Shown here: piece after piece, positions 1 through 8,051 of the stretch
Layout: each line of letters opens with the position of its first letter
Numbering within the stretch: the first letter of the stretch is position 1
Source of the DNA: Candidatus Harpocratesius repetitus
Lineage (GTDB): Archaea; Asgardarchaeota; Lokiarchaeia; Sigyniarchaeales; Promethearchaeaceae
Direction of reading: 5' to 3'
DNA length: 32,000 nucleotides
Assembly: GCA_021498095.1 (NCBI GenBank)
Contig: JAIZWK010000001.1
Location: 3,720,001-3,752,000 of the forward strand
Translations under genes and position numbers: made by a program
The notes under the pieces: model-generated
What the model saw: only the letters and a program-made list of their open reading frames with translations
Told to the model about the DNA's origin: nothing
Database searches by the model: none

Positions 1-25
1 TTAATTCCTTCATTGTGATGTATAT

Positions 26-454
26 ATGAAGAATGATTTTGAAAAATTAAAGCAACGTATTGAAGAACTTCAATCTAATATTGAAGATTTTTTATTCTTT
101 ATTTGTCAAATTAATGTTATCACTCGAGAATCAATAATTTTACGTGAATATCGAAAGAATATTGAATTAAATTCACCTTGGGTCACAGAAATAGAGTTTG
201 TTTCTGATTTTATTATGGAAAATGAATTTGATCTTAACCATCAAAAAGATTCTCATCTTCTTCATAAGAAATTTCTTGAAAGAATTAAAAAAAAACCTGA
301 AGAAAAAGCAGAACTTATTCAAGAATTTCTTTTATCGTTTCCAGAAATAAGTCCTGCTGATGGAAATGTACTCTTAAATTTTCTCAAAGATCTTCCAATT
401 GAAGAATTATCTGATGAATTTAAAAAAATATGCGATCTTTTTAATAAAAAATAG
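26..454 (+). CDS. Hypothetical protein, predicted all-helical, 142 aa
   Basis: ATG at 26 with an in-frame TAA upstream at 2-4, so the ORF is complete. TAG at 452-454, followed by a T-tract. Composition is typical of the real genes here. No recognisable motif. Confidence 0.7.
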   Translation: MKNDFEKLKQRIEELQSNIEDFLFFICQINVITRESIILREYRKNIELNSPWVTEIEFVSDFIMENEFDLNHQKDSHLLHKKFLERIKKKPEEKAELIQEFLLSFPEISPADGNVLLNFLKDLPIEELSDEFKKICDLFNKK

Positions 455-472
455 AATTTTAAGAGGTTCTAG

Positions 473-488
473 CAACTTTTTTATTTTT
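473..488 (+). terminator. Putative archaeal oligo-T terminator
   Basis: T-rich run (ttttttatttttga region) about 20 nt after the stop of ORF 26-454. Confidence 0.35.
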
Positions 489-510
489 GATTGAATTACC
501 ATTTTTATCT

Positions 511-568
511 TTCATTTTCCGACAATAATCAATTCTATCCAAGAATTATTTCAGTCGGCAAAAATGAA
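511..568. repeat. Imperfect inverted repeat / hairpin
   Basis: Outer arms ttcattttccgac (511-523) and gtcggcaaaaatgaa (554-568). Inner perfect stem aattct (531-536) / agaatt (542-547) with a 5-nt loop. Confidence 0.5.
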
Positions 569-610
569 CTTTAGAAAATGTAATTATGGGTCGATTTTTG
601 ACTATTTTTA

Positions 611-633
611 ATCAAATTTTAGTAGAATTTGAT
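611..633. repeat. Inverted repeat ATCAAATT-N7-AATTTGAT
   Basis: Perfect 8-bp arms read directly, in the intergenic region upstream of ORF 900. Confidence 0.5.
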
Positions 634-729
634 AAAAAAAGTTCTAAATTTCTGTTCGACAAATTTCAAATTTGGATGGAATATTGGTAAATGCGTAAAT
701 TATGCAAGATTTTTATTTTTTTATTAATC

Positions 730-744
730 TATCAAATGTTGATA
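730..744. promoter_or_regulatory. Palindrome TATCAA-N3-TTGATA, possible transcription factor site
   Basis: Perfect 6-bp dyad with a 3-nt spacer. It contains TGTTGATAA, which also occurs twice at 7968-7987. Confidence 0.3.
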
Positions 745-899
745 AAAGCTCTTAAAAAAAAGAAGAAAGATAAAATTAATTTGAAAATATAAAAAAGGTG
801 AAATCAAACAGATCCAAATTATTTTATATTCTGTGTCGTATTTTAGATTAAGAACTGGGAATCACACGAAAATTAAGGAGCATAGGATTTGATATAAAA

Positions 900-2792
900 A
901 TGGATTTTAACACATCATTGGAAAGAATGTACCAACTTTATTTAAAGATCGATCAAATGAAAAAAGTATCTCCTGGTTTTGGTGATTTTTATATAAAATA
1001 TCCGACTAAGTCGGGATTTGGCTTTTTATATATAATTCTAAGCCCACCAAATCGAAGGTATAAAGGAAAAAAAAAGGATGTTGACAAATTATTAAATAAA
1101 AGTGCCAAATCTAACAGAGTCATTGCTCCGAAAGATATTGATGAAATAATAAGATATTTATATCAAAACTTTCCAAAGATTATAAAATCTCGAAACGAAA
1201 TCCTTTCAAAAATTGAAGAAATAATTGCAGGTCTAAGATTAGAATTACATGTTTTCCATAATTTAAGGTTTCAATTTAAGGATCCAACAAAATCTGAAAT
1301 TATTGTATTTGAAAATTCTAATAACGGAGAATTTCATGCATATATCAATTTAGTTGGTATGGAAGAAAAAGGTTTAATCTTAGCTTATGAGCGCCAAATC
1401 AATTATATTCGAGAAAATTTAAAGAAAGGAATTCATCCTTTAAAACTAAAATCTCTCCCCCCATTACGTACAGGTGAAACTGATGTAGATTTTTCCAAAT
1501 CAAAATCATCTTCAAAAGCAACAAGAGAAAAACCGAAAGAAAGTGATTTAGTTCAAAAATTTAGAGAAAAAATAAAGCAAAAAAAAATTCAAGGTGAAGT
1601 TGATGAAGAACTTGCCTTTGAAACTGTAATTGATTTTAGTAATAAAGGAAGAGCGGCAATATCATTTAAAAATGAAGCAGAGATAGACAATACAAGCCAA
1701 ATTTCAGATGAAATTGCATCAAGTGATGTTATACAGAATGCTGAAACAAAAATGCTCAAAGATGCAATTAATGATGAAACTAAAATGGTAGGAAATACCA
1801 AATATTCCAATGATCAAACCGTTTCGAACCAGAATATGCATTTAAATGCAACAACACCCTCGAATATACCAATACCAACAAAACCATCACAGCCAAATCT
1901 TAGCCCAATACCTGAAAATGCCATACCAATTATTGATTCACCCCCATTTATTAATATTCCAAAACCTGCCCCACTTTCAAGAGAATCCGTAATATCAATA
2001 CCAGATAACAGAATAGAAAAAGGAGATTTAGCAAAACAAAATATTCAACTCAATCATAATAATAAAGATATACCATTCTCGATAGATTCATCTGCACCAC
2101 CACCATTGTCTCTTGAAGAAGGAGTCAAATTATCAAGCAAAATCACGTTTGATGAATATCAACAAATTCAAGAAGAAAGAGATCTTTTAAAAAATCAACT
2201 AGAACAAGTTACTGATGAATTAACAAAACAAATACAATCAAGAGACGAAAAAATTAAAGAATTGGATAAAAATCTCTCAATATTACATAATAAAAATAAA
2301 GAACTTGAAGATAAATATAATCAAATACAAAAAGAAACTCAAATAAAAATGAAAAATTTTCGAGATAAATTTCTAAAAATTCAAGAAAAAATTCAACCTT
2401 TAATTAAAGAAAACCAAGAGTTAAAGTTGAAATGGGAAAAAGAAGTCCACACTAAAAAAGTAACAGATAATATTCAATTAATTAATCAAAATCTCTCATT
2501 ACAAGAAGAAATTGACAAATTAAAAAACGTTAATGAAAAATTAATTAAGAAACTAAATGAACAAGAACAATTGATTAAGCGATTATCAGAATCGAAACAA
2601 AATCAGGAAATATCCAAAAATAAAAATGAAAATATTCAGAATGATCAAGAAAAAAAAGAAACAGCTCAAATATTAAAAAATGCACTTATGAATTCACTTC
2701 AAGAAAAACAAAAGCAACTTCAACATCAACAACAATTGGGACAAAACAATAAAGAAGTAAATAATAAAAGCAAAAAAAACAATGAAAATTAG
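900..2792 (+). CDS. Hypothetical protein: N-terminal globular domain, Pro-rich linker, long C-terminal coiled coil (630 aa)
   Basis: 1.9-kb ORF with AAGGAG upstream. Pro-rich segment PSNIPIPTKPSQPNLSPIP...SSAPPPL at about 1857-2107, then a heptad-like E/K/Q/L-rich region to the end. Confidence 0.85.
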   Translation: MDFNTSLERMYQLYLKIDQMKKVSPGFGDFYIKYPTKSGFGFLYIILSPPNRRYKGKKKDVDKLLNKSAKSNRVIAPKDIDEIIRYLYQNFPKIIKSRNEILSKIEEIIAGLRLELHVFHNLRFQFKDPTKSEIIVFENSNNGEFHAYINLVGMEEKGLILAYERQINYIRENLKKGIHPLKLKSLPPLRTGETDVDFSKSKSSSKATREKPKESDLVQKFREKIKQKKIQGEVDEELAFETVIDFSNKGRAAISFKNEAEIDNTSQISDEIASSDVIQNAETKMLKDAINDETKMVGNTKYSNDQTVSNQNMHLNATTPSNIPIPTKPSQPNLSPIPENAIPIIDSPPFINIPKPAPLSRESVISIPDNRIEKGDLAKQNIQLNHNNKDIPFSIDSSAPPPLSLEEGVKLSSKITFDEYQQIQEERDLLKNQLEQVTDELTKQIQSRDEKIKELDKNLSILHNKNKELEDKYNQIQKETQIKMKNFRDKFLKIQEKIQPLIKENQELKLKWEKEVHTKKVTDNIQLINQNLSLQEEIDKLKNVNEKLIKKLNEQEQLIKRLSESKQNQEISKNKNENIQNDQEKKETAQILKNALMNSLQEKQKQLQHQQQLGQNNKEVNNKSKKNNEN

Positions 2793-4075
2793 TTAATATC
2801 TTGCAGTAATTTTACTTTAACCTTCAGTTTTTCTGAAAGAGATTCTAATTCATCTTTCGATTTCTCAGGTGAAAATAGTAGAATATGTTCTTGTCCAAAT
2901 TCATCTAACTCAGAACAATAAGCATTAAATTTGTTCACTTGAAGATTAAAACATTCTGGTTTTTTTATATATTGTTTGATAAAATTATAAATACTCTTTA
3001 TCATCGGGATAATTATATTTACAGAAAAAACTGGTAAATCTGAAGTAGAAATTTCAAGCAAAATTTTATTATTTTGAATTACAATAACCCCAATTTTTTC
3101 CTTTTTAGTTAATTCTCCATTAATAGCATTACGAATTTGGTTTGCTCTCTCAGAGATATTACTCAAAATAATTTGCATTGCTTTAAATAAGGAAGAAATA
3201 AAATTAGGTTTAATACTTGTAAAAAAAAGTAGATTTTCATTAAAATTTAAAGATTTTACTATATTATCTTTGAATTCTCCCAATCTCTCTGGATTAACCA
3301 AATCAATTTTATGACATAATATAAAAAGATGAGGTTTTTCAGAACTTGATGAGACATGATTTAATTTAAACTGAATTTTTTTAAGATGATTGATAATATC
3401 ATGTGAGTTTGTCTCCCAATAGGGAGGATCAAAAACATACACAACCAAATCACATGCATCAAACGGATCAATCTCAGAATCAAACGAATCATATAAATAA
3501 TGTTCAATTTCTTGTCCTGCTAAATCTGCGATTCCAAGATCAAGATCGAAATAATCTATCTTATAATGTACTAATCCATATGTTGGTTCCATGGGTTTAT
3601 TTAATATTTCATCTGAAGTAGCGGATTCAAAGAAAATTTTTTTAATTGAGGTTTTACCCACTCCACTAGTCCCTAAAATCAATAACTTTCGAGACAATTT
3701 ATTAGAAAAAATATCATATGCGATCTGCTTGAAATACTCATTTCGTTGTGAATAATTAAGAGAAAAAAGATGAATCCCTTGTTTGTATAATTTTTCTTTA
3801 AAAGGTGCAATTTCTGATTGCTCGTCTTCATGAAATATAACAATTAACATTGAATATCCTAATTGCACAATTTTATCTTTTGGGCAAAAACTAATGATTA
3901 TTTTTTGTTGAAAGCGTAAATCGATAATTTCCGGTTGCTTTGTTTTGGAAATAGAATGAGACATAAGTACTTTATTAACTTCATCTTTTGATAGATGTAT
4001 TGATTTCGGAAAAGATTTCCGAATAATAGTTCCCATAGTTGAATCCCATTCAGTTAATACAATTCCGATAGGCAT
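2789..4075 (-). CDS. Rag/Gtr-like small GTPase with N-terminal longin/uDENN-like domain and C-terminal roadblock-like domain
   Basis: G1 GTSGVGKTS, G2 EPT, G3 DLAGQE, G4 HKID, G5 TSI; HKxD and TSI are Gtr1/RagA-type signatures. N-terminus GIVLTEWDSTMGTII..SFP fits a longin/uDENN start. The C-terminal ~110 aa has an alpha-beta-beta-alpha-beta-beta-beta-alpha roadblock pattern. Confidence 0.85.
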   Translation of the reverse strand: MPIGIVLTEWDSTMGTIIRKSFPKSIHLSKDEVNKVLMSHSISKTKQPEIIDLRFQQKIIISFCPKDKIVQLGYSMLIVIFHEDEQSEIAPFKEKLYKQGIHLFSLNYSQRNEYFKQIAYDIFSNKLSRKLLILGTSGVGKTSIKKIFFESATSDEILNKPMEPTYGLVHYKIDYFDLDLGIADLAGQEIEHYLYDSFDSEIDPFDACDLVVYVFDPPYWETNSHDIINHLKKIQFKLNHVSSSSEKPHLFILCHKIDLVNPERLGEFKDNIVKSLNFNENLLFFTSIKPNFISSLFKAMQIILSNISERANQIRNAINGELTKKEKIGVIVIQNNKILLEISTSDLPVFSVNIIIPMIKSIYNFIKQYIKKPECFNLQVNKFNAYCSELDEFGQEHILLFSPEKSKDELESLSEKLKVKVKLLQDIN

Positions 4076-4224
4076 CTTTCAAAATCGCTCTTTTCTTTTT
4101 GATCAAATATAGGAAAAATGAGCATAAATAATATTACATTTAAAATTCTTCTAAGATATAAAAAGAATTGTAAAATTGATATAAATGAAAAATTAATCTT
4201 ATTAATATTATTTCCAAAAAGAGA

Positions 4225-4731
4225 TTACCATAAAGAATCTGCAATATATTGAAACATTTCAACAATATTTTCACCAGTTTTTGCAGAAGTTGCAAAAACT
4301 TTTACATTATATTCAGATTCTAATTCTTTAACTACTTTTGATTCTTCTTCACTATTTAAGAGATCAATTTTATTCAAAGCTATTAAAAATGGAACATCTT
4401 TACCTGCATGTTTTCGAATATCCCCAATCCAAGGTTTGATGAAATCTGGAGTAATTCTATTATAATCTACGACAATTATGACAAAATTGCTATAGGATAA
4501 GTATTGTGAACGCATAGTTTCAAAACTTTTTTGTGATGCCAAATCCCATATTTGAACAATTAATTCATTTTTTTCTTTTTCACTCTTTTTTATAAAAGTA
4601 TACTCATAAAAATCAACGCCCAATGTCACTAAATAGGAATTTGAGAATGTTCCTTTGGTGAAACGGACAACAACTGAAGTTTTGCCCACTCCATCACTGC
4701 CAAGTAAGCAAATTTTTTTTTGAATTCTCAT
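4225..4731 (-). CDS. Rab-like small GTPase (168 aa)
   Basis: KKICLLGSDGVGKTS (G1), YLVTLGVDF (Rab effector-like G2), IWDLASQ (G3 variant), NKID (G4), SAKTGENI (G5). No C-terminal cysteine. Confidence 0.92.
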   Translation of the reverse strand: MRIQKKICLLGSDGVGKTSVVVRFTKGTFSNSYLVTLGVDFYEYTFIKKSEKEKNELIVQIWDLASQKSFETMRSQYLSYSNFVIIVVDYNRITPDFIKPWIGDIRKHAGKDVPFLIALNKIDLLNSEEESKVVKELESEYNVKVFATSAKTGENIVEMFQYIADSLW

Positions 4732-4748
4732 GATTAAATTTCATTCTC

Positions 4749-6230
4749 CTATACTATGGGAAGTAGTTCAATTTGTGGAAATCCTTTATCATAAATTGTC
4801 TTCATTGCAAACAAACTTGAGTTTCGAGGTTTTATGGAAAAAATCATTATAGTTCCGTGCCGTTCAATTACTTTTATATGTGTTGAAGCAATATAACTCA
4901 AATCTGCTGTTAATGTAGAATATTTTTCTAATTCATTTTTTTCATTTTTTGATGAGTTAATAATACCCAATTCAATAACATTTGAATTCCTTATTAACTT
5001 TAAGTGTTTATCAAAAAGTCCAATAGTTTTATTGAAATCTACCATGAATTGAAGATTATCATATGAAATACCAGCAAACACAGGTTGAAATTTGGAAATA
5101 CTTGAGAGTTTGGAATATGTATCAAAGAAAATTTCATTAAAGTTTTCATCGTCCACCTGACGAATATAAGGTCGAATTTCTTTTCTATCAGATATTTGAT
5201 TTTGAAGAATTTTCATATACTTGCTGATTCGATCTGTAGGTAAATAAAGAAACAATCTTTTTTTATCAAGTAGATCACTATTTATTCCATCGGATGCGCG
5301 AATTATGGCTCCACGTCCATTTTGAATAAATTGACAAAGTAGACCGATAAAAATCGAAGAAATAGAAGAAATTGGAACACTTGATTCCACTTCAAGTAAA
5401 TTAAATGTTCCAGGTCGTAATCCACCTCCATAAATTTCATCAAGTGCACGATTTCCTGTCGAAAAGAGATCTTCTTTATCAGTAGATGGTTCATACTGTG
5501 CAATATTAGTTAATTTCTCTTTTTTAAAGGGAGGTAAATATCTAAATTTATTCTGATAAAGTGTATAAGCATATTGTTTCTGTTTTCTTTCTACAGCACG
5601 AATTTTATTTATTTCTACTGTTCGAAATGTACGTCCTCCTATTTCACCATCACGTAAAGTAACAATTCCATCAACAATATAATCAAGAAATCCGTGTGTG
5701 TCTGATTCTGCGATTAATATTAATTTAGAATTACTTTGTCGTATAAATTCGGTAAAAAGAGTTTCCACTTGATCATTTTGATTACGCCCAGGCCCGATAA
5801 TCGCATCCCATGAATCAATAACAATTATTGGATTTTCATATTGAGCAACTTTCTCATAAATTATTTTTAAAAATTCAGGAATAGTCTGAAATCGAATTGT
5901 TTGCATTAAATGCTCTTTCATTTGGCTACCTTTAGGATCCTGCGTTGGAGGTATATAAGTTCGCGTTGCATCCAGAATATTTTCTGGAGCTAAACGATCC
6001 CTAAGCCAAGGAAACTGAGAATAAAGAGAAGAAGGAGCTACTCGAGTACTCAAATAAACAGGAGTAAATTCCTTAAAAAAAGATAATAAAGACATGGCAA
6101 AAGTTGTCTTTCCTACACCAGCACGACCTTTAAGAAGAAGATTATATCCTGTATCCTTCAATTTGAAGGCCGAAACAATTTCTGGAGGGATTAAAATATC
6201 ATCCTTATTTTTTTTCACTTTTTTTCCCAT
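4749..6230 (-). CDS. KaiC/RAD55-superfamily ATPase, GvpD P-loop-like, with an active N-terminal and a degenerate C-terminal RecA domain
   Basis: GYNLLLKGRAGVGKTT (Walker A), YLSTRV, LYSQFPWL, IVIDSWD (Walker B), DGIVTL, INKIRA. The second domain begins FSTGNRALDEIYGGGLRPG but has no Walker A. ATG at 6230 preferred; the track start at 6245 is GTG. Confidence 0.85.
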   Translation of the reverse strand: MGKKVKKNKDDILIPPEIVSAFKLKDTGYNLLLKGRAGVGKTTFAMSLLSFFKEFTPVYLSTRVAPSSLYSQFPWLRDRLAPENILDATRTYIPPTQDPKGSQMKEHLMQTIRFQTIPEFLKIIYEKVAQYENPIIVIDSWDAIIGPGRNQNDQVETLFTEFIRQSNSKLILIAESDTHGFLDYIVDGIVTLRDGEIGGRTFRTVEINKIRAVERKQKQYAYTLYQNKFRYLPPFKKEKLTNIAQYEPSTDKEDLFSTGNRALDEIYGGGLRPGTFNLLEVESSVPISSISSIFIGLLCQFIQNGRGAIIRASDGINSDLLDKKRLFLYLPTDRISKYMKILQNQISDRKEIRPYIRQVDDENFNEIFFDTYSKLSSISKFQPVFAGISYDNLQFMVDFNKTIGLFDKHLKLIRNSNVIELGIINSSKNEKNELEKYSTLTADLSYIASTHIKVIERHGTIMIFSIKPRNSSLFAMKTIYDKGFPQIELLPIV

Positions 6231-6446
6231 ATCTTGATCAATCACAACTGTAATGATTAATTAATCAACCCGCTACCCTATAAAATTTTCTTCTTTTCGT
6301 TAACAATTCAATTGTAATTAACGCATTTTTGATCTATTCACTAAATAATACTTTGATCTCTCCTAATAGTTTAAATATAGAACTACAAAGAACATGTATT
6401 TTTTAATTGTACAAAAATTTAATTCTAACTGTAATTTTATTTAAAT

Positions 6447-7910
6447 ATGCAATCGAATGAAAATTCCCTCGATTATGATTTCGATCTCACACCGATTTTT
6501 CGTCCAAAAAGTACAGTGATTATAGGATTATCTAGTCGTAATCCAGATCACCCAGGAAATGCAATGTTTTCAAAAAATCTTATTGAAATGAAGACAAAAA
6601 CATATGGAATTACACCTCGTGCCAATGAAATAGATGGCCATAAAGTTTATCAATCTTTAGACAAATTACCAGAAGTTCCAGATTTAGCGGTTGTAGCAGT
6701 TAGCGCAAGACATACATTACAAGTAATCAAAGAAATTGCGGAATTTGGCGTGAAAGGTGCAGTAATCATTGGAGGGGGTTTTGCAGAAATAGGAAAGGAA
6801 GGAAAAAAGAAGCAAGATGAATTAGTTAAATTTTGTATCGATAAAGGAATGCCTTTTATCGGACCAAATTGTATTGGAGTATACAGTCCTCCAATTGTCG
6901 ATACATTTTTCCTGCCTTCAGAAAGGCTTGTAAAACCAAAACAAGGAAATGTTGCAGTAATTAGTCAAAGTGGAGGTGTTTTGATCGATCAATTCTTTAT
7001 AAACTGTAAAGAGCGCGATATTGGAATTAGCACTGCAGTTTCTATCGGTAACAAAGCAATGGTAAATGAAGCTATGTTACTGAAATATTTTGAGAAAGAT
7101 CCAAACACTGATGTAATCGCTTTTTATTTAGAAGGATTTCATCCAGGTGATGGAAGGAAATTTTGTGAAACTGCCCGCTTATCTAGAAAAGATGTTGTAG
7201 TTTATTCAGGTGGAATTTCAAGTGCTGGAAAAATTGCAGCGGGATCTCATACCGGTTCTCTTGCAGCAGATGGAAGTATTATGAAAGGAGCATATAAACA
7301 ATTTAGTGTTATAAATCCAACAACTGAACAATATCTGACAAACACTTTGAAAACCTATTCAATGCTTGCAAATCCCTTTAGAAAATACTCAACTATGTCA
7401 ATACATCGTGATAAAATTGCCGTTTTATCCGTTTCTGGAGGGCATGGTGTAATTTGTGCAGATATTATGGACAAATATGGTCTTAAACTCACTAAATTTA
7501 CAGATAAACAAAAAGAAGACATCAGTTTCCTTTTAAATCCAGTAGCATCGCGCATTGCGGGATTAAATAACCCAATTGATATTACAGGGTCAGGTACTGA
7601 TGATGATATAGTCAATATATTAGAATACTTACTAAATGCACCAAATGTCGAAATGATATTCACTTTATTAGTTCCACAAGTTCCCCAACTTTCAATGCGA
7701 TTAGGTCGCTCTATCATGCAGATAGGCAATAAATATCGAAAACCTATAATTGCGTACGTTCCTTGGACCCCAAAATATGATTTAATTCGTGATGCTTTGG
7801 AAATGCACTATATTCCGTGCGGTCATACAATTGAAGAAACCGTTGAGATGGGAACCGCGTTAATTTTAAAGGGTGAAGGCGGAATACGTAAAAAAATGAG
7901 CACTCTGTGA
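6447..7910 (+). CDS. acdA: ADP-forming acetate/acyl-CoA ligase alpha subunit (CoA-binding plus succinyl-CoA-ligase-like domains)
   Basis: IFRPKSTVIIG CoA-binding start, PDLAVVAV, IGPNCIG, VAVISQSGG, AVSIGNKA, phospho-His motif AAGSHTGSLA, LNNPIDITG. No ATP-grasp domain is fused. Confidence 0.85.
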   Translation: MQSNENSLDYDFDLTPIFRPKSTVIIGLSSRNPDHPGNAMFSKNLIEMKTKTYGITPRANEIDGHKVYQSLDKLPEVPDLAVVAVSARHTLQVIKEIAEFGVKGAVIIGGGFAEIGKEGKKKQDELVKFCIDKGMPFIGPNCIGVYSPPIVDTFFLPSERLVKPKQGNVAVISQSGGVLIDQFFINCKERDIGISTAVSIGNKAMVNEAMLLKYFEKDPNTDVIAFYLEGFHPGDGRKFCETARLSRKDVVVYSGGISSAGKIAAGSHTGSLAADGSIMKGAYKQFSVINPTTEQYLTNTLKTYSMLANPFRKYSTMSIHRDKIAVLSVSGGHGVICADIMDKYGLKLTKFTDKQKEDISFLLNPVASRIAGLNNPIDITGSGTDDDIVNILEYLLNAPNVEMIFTLLVPQVPQLSMRLGRSIMQIGNKYRKPIIAYVPWTPKYDLIRDALEMHYIPCGHTIEETVEMGTALILKGEGGIRKKMSTL

Positions 7911-7932
7911 TAAAAATAAGAAATTTTCTCAC

Positions 7933-7950
7933 TATATTATTTATATTATT
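7933..7950. repeat. Tandem duplication TATATTATT x2
   Basis: Read directly at 7933-7941 and 7942-7950. Confidence 0.7.
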
Positions 7951-7967
7951 CTTTTTTTCTTGCTAAC

Positions 7968-7987
7968 TGTTGATAAGTGTTGATAAG
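7968..7987. repeat. Perfect direct repeat TGTTGATAAG x2, candidate operator
   Basis: Read directly at 7968-7977 and 7978-7987, about 65 nt upstream of the GTPase-wHTH gene. Confidence 0.75.
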
Positions 7988-8051
7988 TTTTAATTAAAGA
8001 AGATCAAAAGTTATACCAAAGAATTTAGCAATAACTCACATCTTTTTATTG

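Noticed and set aside
455-899. Replication origin or CRISPR array
   Set aside because: No ORB-like G-string repeats or cdc6/orc1 nearby, and no regularly spaced 24-40 bp repeats with unique spacers.
1589-1810. 73-aa minus-strand ORF; also 3403-3621, 5303-5503, 7355-7729, 7744-7932, 9991-10290, 12059-12250, 14322-14534, 18575-18790, 19025-19228, 22348-22542, 22485-22682, 23590-23913 and 29093-29332
   Set aside because: All lie inside or across longer genes with clear family motifs, on the opposite strand or another frame, and show no motifs of their own. They are shadow ORFs.
2085-2110. SSAPPPL as an ESCRT late-domain motif (PSAP/PPxY)
   Set aside because: It matches neither P(S/T)AP nor PPxY exactly, and there are no ESCRT genes in the window.
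4749-6245. Gas vesicle function for the GvpD-like protein
   Set aside because: No gvpA/C/N/F/L genes in the window, and GvpD-like P-loop domains are widespread regulators in archaea without vesicles.
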